Positions 12,740-24,829 are shown, counted from the first letter of the stretch. The stretch: DNA of 58,805 nucleotides from Octopus bimaculoides (GCF_001194135.2 NC_068981.1:56404748-56463552); one strand, 5' to 3'. Translations and numbers: made by a program. The notes: generated by a model from the letters alone, not told the origin.

Positions 12740-15580
12740 AGATAATTTAAAGAAAGCAATGAGTAAAAAAAAGAAAGAAAAAGATTACCAGAATCAAAAG
12801 ATGTTAATAGAAGGAAGTTACTAGATACTATTTGGAAAGTAGATTCTGTTATCTGTGGGATCGATATTAAAAATATAGGTAACAATAACTTATGCAGGAT
12901 GGTTAGTAGTTACAACCAGAATAAGTATTCCTCAACAAAAGAAAACGAAGGAGCAGATGTGGAAAGGGAGAAAAGAAAATAAAGTGAAGATTTTAAGACA
13001 AGATCTGAGTAGAATAGAAGCCTGGAAACAGAAACAGAATAATTAAATATTCTTTTGAGGAAAAGTACTTAATCAAAAAGAAAGGATTTGAAATAGTCAT
13101 GGAAGAGCTAAAACAACGTATCATAGCAATAGTAAGTAAGCTTTCCAGAAATCAGAAAAGAATTGATCAGTATCAACAGATGAGACTGCTTGAGACAAAT
13201 CAGAGAAGATTTTATTGCCAAATAAATAGTGTAGACGAAACTATTGAGGCTAATGCAGAGGAGGCTAGCAAGTTCTGAAGTGATGTTTGGGATAAGCCAA
13301 TTAACCATAATGGAGATGCAGCGTGACTAAAGAAAGTGAGAGAAGTTAGTGAGAAGCAGCCAGATCTAAAACTAACTAGTGCATTAATGAGTAAAGGGTT
13401 GGGGAAAATGCCGAATTGGAAAGGCCAACGACCAGATTTAGTCCAAGAGTAATGATTAACGAAATTTAGTAGCTTATATGCGAGAGTGAGGGAACAACTT
13501 CAGGATTGCCTGAATGGAGGAGTCGTAACTAATTGGATTACTAGAGAGAAAACCATAGTTTTTATGAAAGATAAAAGCAAAAGAAATATAGCTAGTAATT
13601 ATAGACCAACCACATACTTACTATTGGTGTGGAAGCTGCTAATAGGAATGTTCTCAGAAAACATTTATAAGCACCTTGACAGCTAGAATTTACTTCTAGA
13701 GGCACAGAAAAGATGCATGAAGGAGGCTAGAGAAGCGCGTGGTCTATTATACTTAGACACAGCGGACCTAAAAGAAGTCACATCGAGAAAGAAAAAAATA
13801 ACAATTACAGATTGATTATAATAAATAGATTATAACAAAGTCTATGATATGATCCTACCCTCATGGATAAGTGAATGTCTGAGAAGATTCAGTATTGTAG
13901 ACAACAAAAGAGAGTTAATTAGCTATAACATGAAGAAATGAAAAGTAGATCTCTACTCAGGTAATACAGCCTTAGGCAAAGTTAATATTGAGAGAGGAAT
14001 TTCCAGAGAGACTTGTTATCCTCTTTAATATTTGTGTTTTGTTTAATCTCTCTCATTTTAGTATTAAAATAGATAACGGCAGGGTGTCAGTTCAGAAATA
14101 GTAAAGGAAAAGTTGACCATTTGCTCTACATGGATGACCTGAAGCTTTTTAGTAAGTATAAAAAAATAGATTCCTTATAGATATGGAATTTGGCATAGAC
14201 AAGTACGCAATATTCCTCATAAAAAAAAAGGGACAAGTAGTCAGCAGTGAAAGTATTAAATTACCAGATGGACAGACTTTACTATCCACTGAAAGAGGGA
14301 GGTTATAAGTGTCTTGGAGTATTAAAATCTGAAAGAGTACTAAGTACAGAAATCAGAAGGATGAGGAAGTTAATGAAGGCGAAGTTAAATGGCCTGAATC
14401 TAGTGAAGGCTGTAAAAACTTGGGTAGTGCCGCTACTTAGATATTTAGCAGCTTTTGTAGATTCGACAAAATCTGAATTAGCAAATCAAGACAGAAGAAC
14501 TAGGAGTGAATTCAATATGAATGGAGGACGTCATCCAAGAGCAGGACTAGCAAGACTATATTTACATAGAACGGAAAGTGGTAGAGGTTTGATATCAGTA
14601 GAAGACTGTTAGCTAGAGTAGATATAGCATCCTATGTAGGTAATAATGAGGAAATTTTATTAAGAACCGCAAGAGTAACTATAGGTAATACAGAAGCCAA
14701 AAAGCCAAATGAAGTTAAATACCAGAAAAAAGAGCAAAAGTTACCTGACTGGCAAGAGAAGGTTTTGCATGGCAGATTTGCAAAGATAGTAACAGAAAAT
14801 AGTAATAGTGAGACATGCTGTGGTTGCAGAAAGGAAGCCTGAAAAGAGAGACGGAAAGTTTGCTAGTAGCAGGACAAGATCAGGCATTGAGAATTAATTG
14901 GATAAAAGCCAGGATAGACAACAATCAGGTATATTCCCAATCTAGGTTACGTAAATCAAAGGGGGGAAATATTACTCATATAGTTTGTAAATATTGTAGG
15001 CCGGCACAGAAAGAATACAAGAAAAGACATGACAACTTCGGGAAAATAATCGACTGTGAGTTATGTAGAAAGTTAGGATTTGACCATACTGACCATGAGT
15101 ACGAACCTAGTAGAGTACTAGAAAGTAAGAAATATAAGATGTTGTGGGACTTTAACATTCAAACTGATAGAGTAATAAAAGCTAGAAGGCCTGATTTAGT
15201 AGTAGAAGATAAATAGAATAGAAAGTGCTAGATAATTGACTTTACAGTCCGAAATGAAGAAAGAATCAATATGAGAGGTATAGAGAAAATATAAAATTAC
15301 CAGAACTTAGCCATTGAGTCTCAGAAGCTATGAAAAGTGCGGATAAAATGTATCCCTTTAGTTATAGGTGCAGTAGGAACAATTCCTAAAGATTTGAATA
15401 GATAGAGGAAGTAAGCATAAAACCTAGTTTAGTACAGCTCCAGAAAACAGTGTTATTAGGGACATCTAGGATACTTTGGAAGGTCCTTGATATCTAAGGT
15501 TACTTGTAACCTGATGTTAGTTTTTCTTTTCTAACAGTCTAATATGTTGTCCGTATATGAAGAGAAAATAATAGTAATAA
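12740..15580 (+). mobile_element. Long degraded R4/Dong-type non-LTR retrotransposon (RT + RLE)
   Basis: ASNYRPTT, HLLYMDDLK (ccatttgctctacatggatgacctgaag), KAVKTWVVP, RLYLHRTESGRGLISVEDC, LKRETESLLVAGQDQAL, LWDFNIQTD..ARRPDLVV. Confidence 0.9.
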
Positions 15581-15783
15581 TTCTTTCTACAATAGGCACA
15601 AGGGCTGACATTTTGTGGGAGGGGACCAGTTGATTATATCGACTCTAGTGTGTAACTGGTACTTAATTTATCGACCCCGAAAGGATGAAATGCAAAGTCG
15701 ACCCCGGTGGCATTTGAACTCAGAAGGTGATGACAGATAAAATACCGCTAAGCATTTCACCCGGCGTGCTACCGATTCTGCCA
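15581..15783 (-). mobile_element. tRNA-derived SINE (family A)
   Basis: Core 'ctggtacttaatttatcgaccccgaaaggatgaaa.gcaaagtcgacc' and head 'cggcgtgctaccgattctgcca'. Confidence 0.9.
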
Positions 15784-15894
15784 AATAATACTAATAATGA
15801 CGATGGTGACGACAACGACGACGATACTGAAGAGGATTTTATTTTTGTTTAATAATTGCTAACCCATTAAGTGTTTACTCTTTATTTGCAGAAG

Positions 15895-16400
15895 AGATAT
15901 GCCACTGTTTATATGAGAAAGATAATGTCTGTAAACAGAAAGCTCGTCGAAAAAAAGAACATAACAACAGAGGATGAAGATCGATCAAAATGGTCTTGAG
16001 AAATACAAGAAAGAGAATGACAAATTTATGCACTATGTGGATCGATCATAGAATATGACCTAGTTCCACACTCGTGGATCAAAAGTTGCCTAGAGATGTT
16101 CAATTTCTGGAAGATGTTTAGATGTCTTTTAGAAAATACAATGCAACATTGGCGAGAAGAATTAACACCGAGAGGAGAAACGGTATTAGGTGTATAGATT
16201 AGAAGGGAAATCCTTCAAGCGGGCAGCATCTCTCCTATCTTATCTGTAATAATACTGGTCTCTTTGTCGATTATATTAAGTAAAACAAAAGAAGGACATT
16301 CAGGAGGAAACAATTGGGAAAAATAAATAATCTGCCGTTTATGAACGATTTATAGCTTTATGGTTAAGTCAAGAATCAACTAGATTCTTTAGTGCTATTT
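15895..16400 (+). mobile_element. R4/Dong-type RT core fragment
   Basis: Decayed 'DYRKAYDxVPHSWIxxCL' (tatgacctagttccacactcgtggatc) and RGIFQGDxLSP-like segments. Confidence 0.7.
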
Positions 16401-16800
16401 CTATGAGGTTTTCTTGACATGTAGCAATTTCCCTTATGGCTCATATATATATACATGATATTGTAAGGTGTGATTCGAGGGACATGCAGCCGTTATTTCT
16501 ATTAGGTGAAGATAGTATGTAAAGATTCTCACGTTGGTCAATACAAGCATATATACACACGCACATATATTAAATAGTTGAGTACAATAATATGAATTGT
16601 TTTCACCACTCAATAAGAAGCTTACATAGCTTAATTACAGATTAACAGATTAACAGTTAAGTCGATGGGTCTGAAGAAATCTTTCGAAATAATCTGCAGA
16701 TATACGATTAATTTCGAAATCTGAAGATCGTTAAATTGTATTATCGAGATGATTGATGTATTACATCAATACTTATAAGAACTATGGTGCATATGACTTT

Positions 16801-16946
16801 TCGGTCAAACTAAAGTGTCTGACCCGAGCAAAAAACTAATTAAAAATTAGTGTAATAGGTGTAAAACAACTTGCTATAAACGAATACGAAAAAAATGCGC
16901 GTTCGCGTAGGGGGAGGGAGAGGACTCAGAAAATTCACATCGTCAG
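16801..16946. repeat. Dispersed repeat, inverted partner of 22136-22282
   Basis: ~146 bp matching the reverse complement of 22136-22282 at roughly 85-90% by eye. Confidence 0.9.
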
Positions 16947-17310
16947 ACATATATATATATATATATGAGTATATATATAAGAGTATATGTGCGTGTATGA
17001 GTGGGTACATGCATGCACGTATGAGTATGTGTGTAAATATATGTATACTACATGTATGTATACTACATGTATGTATATATGTACATATATATGTATATGT
17101 ATAAACAATTTTTCAAAATTGCGAAAATAGTGGCATATATATGTGTAGATGGATAAGCGTATATATGTGTATACTTTAATATTATACGTATATATGTGAG
17201 TGTGTATACGTGTTTATATGATTTTGTATGCTTGTACGTAAGTATAGATAGGTTTATATTAGCATGTATCTAAGACATTGTATCCATTCACCGTTAGACA
17301 TTTGTGAGAA

Positions 17311-17349
<39 letters not shown>

Positions 17350-17611
17350 CACACACACACACACACACACACACNNNNNNNNNNNNNNNNNNNNNNNNNN
17401 NNNNNNNNNNNNNNNNNNNNNNNNNNNNNNNNNNNNNNNNNNNNNNNNNNNNNNNNNNNNNNNNNNNNNNNNNNNNNNNNNNNNNNNNNNNNNNNNNNNN
17501 NNNNNNNNNNNNNNNNNNNNNNNNNNNNNNNNNNNNNNNNNNNNNNNNNNNNNNNNNNNNNNNNNNNNNNNNNNNNNNNNNNNNNNNNNNNNNNNNNNNN
17601 NNNNNNNNNNN

Positions 17612-17647
<36 letters not shown>

Positions 17648-17735
17648 GAGAATATACAAATAATAACAACAGACGAGGACAGGTGGTGTAAATAACAAAA
17701 GGATATATTAGTATGACGCTCGGGAATACGGAAAG

Positions 17736-17772
17736 TCTTTGACGTTTCGAGCTACGCTCTTCAACAGAAAGA
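17736..17772 (-). ncRNA. Minimal hammerhead-like motif (CUGUUGA core) in a PLE-type repeat
   Basis: UCUUU-CUGUUGA-A-GAGC-GUA-GCUC-GAA-ACGU-C-AAAGA: 5-bp stem I, 4-bp stem II, palindromic ACGU stem III, GUC triplet. Confidence 0.55.
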
Positions 17773-18461
17773 ATACGGAGACACAGACACCAGAATAAGC
17801 ATATAAATGCGAAACAAGGTGGAAAAAATAATACTCGAATACCAGAAGTAGAGTAATATGCTTTATTAAAATGCATCAAAAATATCACAAAACCTGTTAC
17901 TCAGAGTTTTACGTTCCCGTTATTCAGATAGTTTTATGAGGAGCTTTGCTAAAAACCCAGCAGGATTAGAAACAAGACCTGTTGAAAGGTCAGATGAACC
18001 TAGTGCAGGCTCAACGGCTATCTAGTAATAGCACGGATACGTAGAAATTTCGGAATGGCGTCCGGCGTGCTGAAAGACCACTGGATTGTGGCAACCCTCA
18101 GCTTCTATTGAAGCGTGTCTCTAGGAGAAGGTCACTTTGATATAAGAGCAGATATGCAGGGAATAGCATTGGACATTTTGGGGATTTTTGGTTTGTGCTA
18201 GAGATCATGTCGCTCCCACATGCCTGAGCTTGCGATTGATATCAGCACCAAACATCTTGCTCCGGCTTGTCTCTGGATAATGTCAATAAAGTGGACAGGG
18301 TCTATGAGGTGTTATGCCAGCCGTATTGGGCCTCAAACTCTGTACAGGCATTGCCGACCTCTGCTTGATATGTGCGTTTTTTGATTTTTTTCTTGCCTAT
18401 ATATATTTATTTTATTTTTAGTATATATATTTATATATTTTTAGTACATTTCTTTTTATAC

Positions 18462-21400
18462 GGAAGTCCTGTGGCGATAGGAAGGTGATAAAGCATGCAG
18501 ACTGACGGGTTTGAAACATGTAGTCAGCGACCTGCACGCAGGCGGCCCATGCTAGATATAAAGTCGTCTCCTTGTCACCCAAGACAGCGGTAGGATTCGG
18601 TTGCTGCATGGGTGTCTCGGCGTGGTTGCGGCGTCGGTTGCGGAGCGGCGGCGGTAACCTGTTCGGCTCGGCACGCGCAAGCTCGGCGGTGGAACGCCGT
18701 CACGTCCNNNNNNNNNNNNNNNNNNNNNNNNNNNNNNNNNNNNNNNNNNNNNNNNNNNNNNNNNNNNNNNNNNNNNNNNNNNNNNNNNNNNNNNNNNNNN
18801 NNNNNNNNNNNNNNNNNNNNNNNNNNNNNNNNNNNNNNNNNNNNNNNNNNNNNNNNNNNNNNNNNNNNNNNNNNNNNNNNNNNNNNNNNNNNNNNNNNNN
18901 NNNNNNNNNNNNNNNNNNNNNNNNNNNNNNNNNNNNNNNNNNNNNNNNNNNNNNNNNNNNNNNNNNNNNNNNNNNNNNNNNNNNNNNNNNNNNNNNNNNN
19001 NNNNNNNNNNNNNNNNNNNNNNNNNNNNNNNNNNNNNNNNNNNNNNNNNNNNNNNNNNNNNNNNNNNNNNNNNNNNNNNNNNNNNNNNNNNNNNNNNNNN
19101 NNNNNNNNNNNNNNNNNNNNNNNNNNNNNNNNNNNNNNNNNNNNNNNNNNNNNNNNNNNNNNNNNNNNNNNNNNNNNNNNNNNNNNNNNNNNNNNNNNNN
19201 NNNNNNNNNNNNNNNNNNNNNNNNNNNNNNNNNNNNNNNNNNNNNNNNNNNNNNNNNNNNNNNNNNNNNNNNNNNNNNNNNNNNNNNNNNNNNNNNNNNN
19301 NNNNNNNNNNNNNNNNNNNNNNNNNNNNNNNNNNNNNNNNNNNNNNNNNNNNNNNNNNNNNNNNNNNNNNNNNNNNNNNNNNNNNNNNNNNNNNNNNNNN
19401 NNNNNNNNNNNNNNNNNNNNNNNNNNNNNNNNNNNNNNNNNNNNNNNNNNNNNNNNNNNNNNNNNNNNNNNNNNNNNNNNNNNNNNNNNNNNNNNNNNNN
19501 NNNNNNNNNNNNNNNNNNNNNNNNNNNNNNNNNNNNNNNNNNNNNNNNNNNNNNNNNNNNNNNNNNNNNNNNNNNNNNNNNNNGATGCCCAATCCTTATG
19601 CCCGCTATGGAGCTTTTCTACAGGGGAAGGCTCTCCACTCCTGGCCTTGAGGTGGATCACTCCGACTACTCGTCCTCCTCCAAGATGGATAACGATCCTA
19701 TTTTGCGACCGTTCTCCGGGCAGGAGGTGAAAATTAGTCGGAGATAAATGAATCCTTCCTCAGCGGCGGGTCCTGATGGACTTAGCGTTCGTGAGGTTAA
19801 GTCCATGGACCCCTGTATCCTCGCCAACGTGTGTAACTGCATGTTGCTGGCCAGAAAGGTTCCCGATATCCTGAAGCGAGGAAAGTCCGTCCTGATACCT
19901 AATAGGGCGGACGATCCTATGGATATCACCAATTGGCGACCACTGACGATATGTTCTGCGGTGTATCGTCTCTTTTCGAAAATGCTCGCCAAGAGGATGC
20001 TTCAGACAACTCCCCTAAATCCTGCATAACGCGGATTTATCCGGGCTGACAGCTGCAGTGAGAACTCTTTTCTCATGCGGCAGTTGATCAACCGAGCGAT
20101 GAGGAGGCCAGCATGGCTGAGAATACCACGTCTGGAGGTGGCTTTCATGCATCTCACCAAGGTCTTCGATAAGTCACACACTCGTTAGTGTATGTGGGAC
20201 TGCGAATGCTTGGCTACCACGAGTACGTTATAGCGCTCGTGGAGGGGATCTATTAAAGTAGCACTACCAGATTCTCAGTCGGTGGGCAACTTAGCGAGCC
20301 CATCGAGATTCGGCGTGGTGTTAAACAAGGGGACGCGCTCTCACCAATCCTCTTTAACATTGCGACCGACCCGCTTTTAGATGTTCTGTCGGACAGCAGA
20401 GGTCTCAGTATTGAGGGGATCAGAATAGCAGGACTCGCGTACGCTGACGATTTGGTCCTAGTCGCAGGGTCGCACGACAGTCTCCAGGCTCTTATGGATA
20501 GATGCCTGGAATTCTATCGCGCAGTCGGGCTAGGAATCGACATCGGTAAGTATGCGTGGTTCTTCATTCGTGGCTGGGACAAGTCCTATCTTGTCAACGA
20601 TAGCACTCCGCCGAGTCTCGATGGCATCGAGATGAAAAAGCTAGAACTGAGAGAGGTGTCCTACCTAGGACTTAATGTTCGTGTATGAACTTCGAGCACA
20701 AATCTGGAATTTTGTTTAGATTCGGTGGAGCAGGTGTCCCTGAATATCGATAAGATTTGCAGGGCTCCACTGAAACCCCGATAGTTTAAGCAGTATTATT
20801 TGCCGAGACTATTTCATAGTCTCACGCAGATGCTGTCAAGAGGAATTCTCGAGAGACTTGACACGGTCATCCATGTAGGAGCTAGGCGGATTCTTCATCT
20901 CCCGTATACCACTTCTACCTTTTTATATAGCAGCCGGCGTGATGGCGGGTTAAGTCTTCACCAGATGGGTGAGGCTGATCCCCAAATGTGTCATCTGCCG
21001 TAATCTACGCCTTCTGACGTCGGGATACGCCTCCGTGAAAAAGATTGCTGATTCTGCAGGATTAGCCGAACAGAATCAGCAATTAGTAGCTTCCTTCGAT
21101 TTGCTGTTGCTCCCAGCTGACGCTACCAAATACGACCCTGACATCCCGCTGGTGCATTCCCATAAATGCACGGGGGCGTGTGCGGCGGCGTTTCGTGTGG
21201 ATGCGATTGGCAATAGTTGGATCAGTAGACCGGGTGGGATTACGAAGTGCTTCTTGAATTTACTCAAGATGCGCTCCGACATATTTCCCTCCCGAGAGAC
21301 CTTGACACGTGGTGACCGAGGGGACTCCACTTGTCCAAGGTATAAAATAGGGACGGAGACAATATCTCACGTCAGTGGAGTTTGCGACGCTCTTAAAGGG

Positions 21401-22037
21401 CCACGACTTGCCAGACACAACAAAATCTGTAATCTGGTAGCGAAAGAAGCTGCCAACTATGACTGGAGTATCAGTGTGGAGCCTTCGTACATTGTGGGAG
21501 GCTCCAGGCTGATACTCGACTTAGTCTTTAATCTTCCTAAGAAAGTAGTAGTAGTAGTAGTCGATGTGACCGTTCGGTTGGAGCAGGGAGAAGCCTTGAG
21601 AGAGGCATCTTTTGAGAAAGTGCACAAGTTTCGACCGCTCATGCCATTGTTTTTGCAAGAGTTTGATCGGTTGGTAGAAGGGCATGGATTCCCAGTCGGT
21701 GCCTGTGGTGCCTGGTGCCGGCCTGCGAGTGGGGCGCTAGATGCCTTGGGCATTAAGGACAGGTCATTCCGACGACTACTCAGCAGGACGGCTCTCAGCA
21801 TGGGGAGCTTGCGAGCAGGATCCCTGTATGATGACTAGGAGTAACTAAAATAAAATGACAATAATACCGGATTGACAAAATAGGTGGTTCACATGTTCCC
21901 TTGGCGGGTCAGTGGGAGTCGCTCCAGGAATGACTTTTTTGTAGTGCCTGCGTTCGTGCGTGTCACTAATGATGGGGCATGAGTGGGATCACCTATTATA
22001 ATCAAAGGGAAAGAATTGGCAAAGTCAATATTCGCAA
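18462..22037 (+). mobile_element. R2-clade site-specific non-LTR retrotransposon (RT + CCHC + restriction-like endonuclease), degraded, ~3.6 kb including an 876-nt gap
   Basis: SAAGPDG, NWRPLTICS, GVKQGDALSPILFN, AYADDL (YADD at 20440-20451), RRDGGL, ETISHVSGVC..RHNKIC, (P>L)DLV..VVDVTV, EKVHKF, GFPVGACGAW; ORF ends at 21838; ~200-nt 3'UTR followed immediately by TAGCCAAATGCC. The 5' boundary is approximate (GC-content shift). Confidence 0.9.
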
Positions 22038-22053
22038 TAGCCAAATGCCCCGT
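22038..22053 (+). other. 28S rDNA R2 target-site remnant (downstream half)
   Basis: tagccaaatgccccgt vs canonical 28S TAGCCAAATGCCTCGT (15/16); the match stops there and flanks are not rDNA. Confidence 0.8.
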
Positions 22054-22059
22054 TTATTG

Positions 22060-22282
22060 TACACCTATTACACTATTTTTTCCTTTTCTTTTTTTTTTTG
22101 GCTCGGGTCAAACACTAGAGTTTAAAGGTCATTGCCTGACGATGTGAATTTTTTGAGTCCTCTCCCCCACCCCCGTTCGCGAGCATTTTTTTTCATATTT
22201 GTTTACAGCAAGTTGTTTTACACCTATTACACTAATTTTTAATTATTTTTATGCTCGGGTCAAACACTTTAGTTTGACCGAT
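22060..22282. repeat. Dispersed repeat with internal duplicated subunit and terminal hairpin
   Basis: Two copies of tacacctattacacta...gctcgggtcaaacact; ends in hairpin ggtcaaac-acttta-gtttgacc followed by a T-run. Confidence 0.8.
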
Positions 22283-22639
22283 TTTTCTTTAGAGATTCAG
22301 TGTCATTTGAAAAAAAACATCATGAAAAGAAAAAGGAGCTCTTCATAGAAGCCAACAAACCCGAATACAATCCATTTTTTTCATACGTAACAAATTATTA
22401 CAAGGACTACCATTAAGAAAAAATCACTTGGCGCATGCAGACATCTCACCGATTTCCATTGATACAGGAATTCGGTAATGAAGAACTGAAAAATGTTGAC
22501 GTCATATTCATTATTCTTTTTTGCTTTACATTGTAGTTCATGGAAACTTGGTCGAACCAATAACTGTCACCAAGTCAGTCAAGTCGATATATTCATTATT
22601 TATCATAGAACTTTTTAGTTCAATACCTGGTTGTAGGGA

Positions 22640-23640
22640 AAACTTCCTCATGGAGCATGTTCCAGAGAGCTGTAGTTCTGCAATAAACGTTTGAACAATG
22701 CGATTAGTGGGGAAGTTTAAGGAAGAAACTCAGTACTCTTAGCAAGAGGAGGAAATTAAACTATTGGACTATAGAATTAGATAGATTTTGACAGAAATAT
22801 TACACATCTTACCTGTCCAGAAAAGCATACAGTGTTGTAGAATAGCAAATAGAGGCGGCGAGCTAGCAGAAACGTTAACAAGCCGGGCAAAATGCATAGT
22901 GGTATTTCGTCTGCCGTTACGTTCTGAGTTCAATTCCGCCGAGGTCGACTTTGCCTTTCATCCTTTCGGGGTCGATAAATTAAGTACCAGTTACGTACTG
23001 GGGTCGATGCAATCGACTTAATCCCTTTGTCTGTCCTTGTTTGTCCCCTCTGTGTGTAGCCCCTTGTGGGCAGTAAAGAAATAAGAATAGCAAATAGAGA
23101 TTGTAGATGAGGGTAGAATAACTCTTCAACTATGATAATCGATCTTCTTGTTCTTCTTTCCAGGCAAATAATGGGTTCCAAGCAGAGGCAACATGCTATC
23201 AACGAGATCTTTACGAAGGAGGTGCTGCATGCAGACTAAGATCCATAGAAGGCTACATAGAAGGTTGTTTACGAAGATGACCAAATTGATAAGAGCAATG
23301 TGTATAAATCAATGAAGAAGATTACAAAGGAAGAAACTAGCATTGCAGACAAGTCACAGTGGAAAACCATCAACTTTGACCGCTGACATAAGTTGTCAGA
23401 GAGTGGACGAATTTATATGAGTTTTCTGCACAAATAGACTATAGTCAATAAATTACAGAAGATGATGGAATGCATTATAGTCAAGGAAACCAGCTACATC
23501 CCTACTTCGAGATATTTCCCTTTCAGCTACAATTAGAAGTCATTGTGATGCTGCATTATCTGAACCCAACGAACTGTGGTTACTTGATCTGCTAGAAATA
23601 GTGGCCAAGCCACTTTCAAATCATAACCATATCTTTAATA
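22640..23640 (+). mobile_element. Degraded RTE-clade LINE RT fragment interrupted by a SINE
   Basis: Decayed EHVPES(QCGFR), CPEK, NGVKQG-like ('aataatgggttccaagcagagg') and ISLxTK..LLYG.E.W-like segments. Confidence 0.5.
22854..23083 (+). mobile_element. Full-length tRNA-derived SINE (family A) with 15-bp TSD
   Basis: Head ggcggcgagctagcagaaacg; B-box-like gagttcaattcc; TSD agaatagcaaataga at 22839-22853 and 23084-23098. Confidence 0.95.
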
Positions 23641-23677
23641 CAGAGGGGAAAACGCTTTGAATAATGCAGTGCTAGAT

Positions 23678-24060
23678 TTGTCGTTGGCACTCCGTCGCTT
23701 ACGGCGAGGGTTCCAGTTGATCCGATCAACGGAATAGCCTGCTCGTGAAATTAACGTGCAAGTGGCTGAGCACACCACAGACACGTGTACCCTTAACGTA
23801 GTTCTCGGGGATATTCAGCGTGACACAGTGTGACAAGGCTGACCCTTTGAATTACAGGTACAACAGAAACAGGAAGTAAGAGTGAGAGAAAGGTGAGGTG
23901 AAAGAGTACAGCAGGGTTCGCCACTATCCCCTGCCGGAGCCTCGTGGAGCTTTAGGCGTTTTCGCTCAATAAACACTCACAACGTCCGGTCTGGGAATCG
24001 AAACCGCGATCCTATGACTGCGAGTCTACTGCCCTGACCACTAGGCCAATGCGCCTCCAC
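23678..24060 (-). mobile_element. Full-length tRNA-derived SINE (family C) with 12-bp TSD
   Basis: Minus-strand head gtggaggcgcattggcctagtggtcagggc...ggtttcgattccc (A and B boxes); TSD gcagtgctagat at 23666-23677 and 24061-24072. Confidence 0.93.
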
Positions 24061-24647
24061 GCAGTGCTAGATAGATTATACCTAAAAGAATTGATAGGAT
24101 ACTCATGGCTAGAATGCATTTGCTTATAGATCTGCACAATCCAGGCTGTGTAGGAGCTAAACAACAACTATAAAAAAGCTTGAATTGAAAAATACATTAC
24201 TTTTGATAAGTTGCAGTATAACATGTCTATATAGTATTATTATTGTATTTTGTTAATGAAGTTCTTTCTTAGAGAGTTTCATGTTTTTCTTACTTTTATT
24301 ATCTGTTAGTCTAAATCTCAAACGCAATTTTCTTTTGAATCGACTGTTTAAAATTCTTAAATGAACATTTGTTTTGCAACTTTACTTCAGAAGTTTAATT
24401 ATTTAACAGTAGCAGACAGTAGAAGCTCCTGGGTTTAAAGACCCATTCCTGTTGGAGAGAGAAAATAACAATAAATAAAACAAAATGCAGTTAGTGTTAG
24501 TAAATTCCCAACTGATTCTGCTGATGTTTACTACACAGCACTTCTTTTTCTTACTCACTCTATATATACACACGTGTTACTACTGCTTAGAAGTGGCTCG
24601 CAGGTTCGACTCCGTAGTACCTACCTCCCGTTAAGTATGTATGTATG

Positions 24648-24684
<37 letters not shown>

Positions 24685-24829
24685 ATACACATAAACACTC
24701 AAACACACGCGCGCGCATCCATTCTTAATAGTTCACAAAGTTATACCCATTATTCAGATTTCACATAAGAAAAATAAAAGAAAAAAAGGAAAAAGAAAGG
24801 CATGAAAATATGAGGTACATACTTAATAT

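Noticed and set aside
15885-15930. Apparent plus-strand exon (tttgcag|aagagat...)
   Set aside because: The sequence is better explained as the start of an R4/Dong RT fragment.
18552-19747. Several 350-390 aa ORFs
   Set aside because: Mostly X residues from the N gap; only the post-gap part belongs to the R2 frame. The same applies to ORFs over the gaps at 5308-5516, 17375-17610, 26128-26227, 26819-27479, 33221-33564 and 36139-36933.
22038-22053. 28S rRNA gene
   Set aside because: Only 16 nt match; flanks are not rDNA, so it is reported as a target remnant.
24010-24060. tRNA gene
   Set aside because: A/B boxes belong to a SINE head with body, tail and TSD; no complete cloverleaf or acceptor stem. 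The same holds for other SINE heads.
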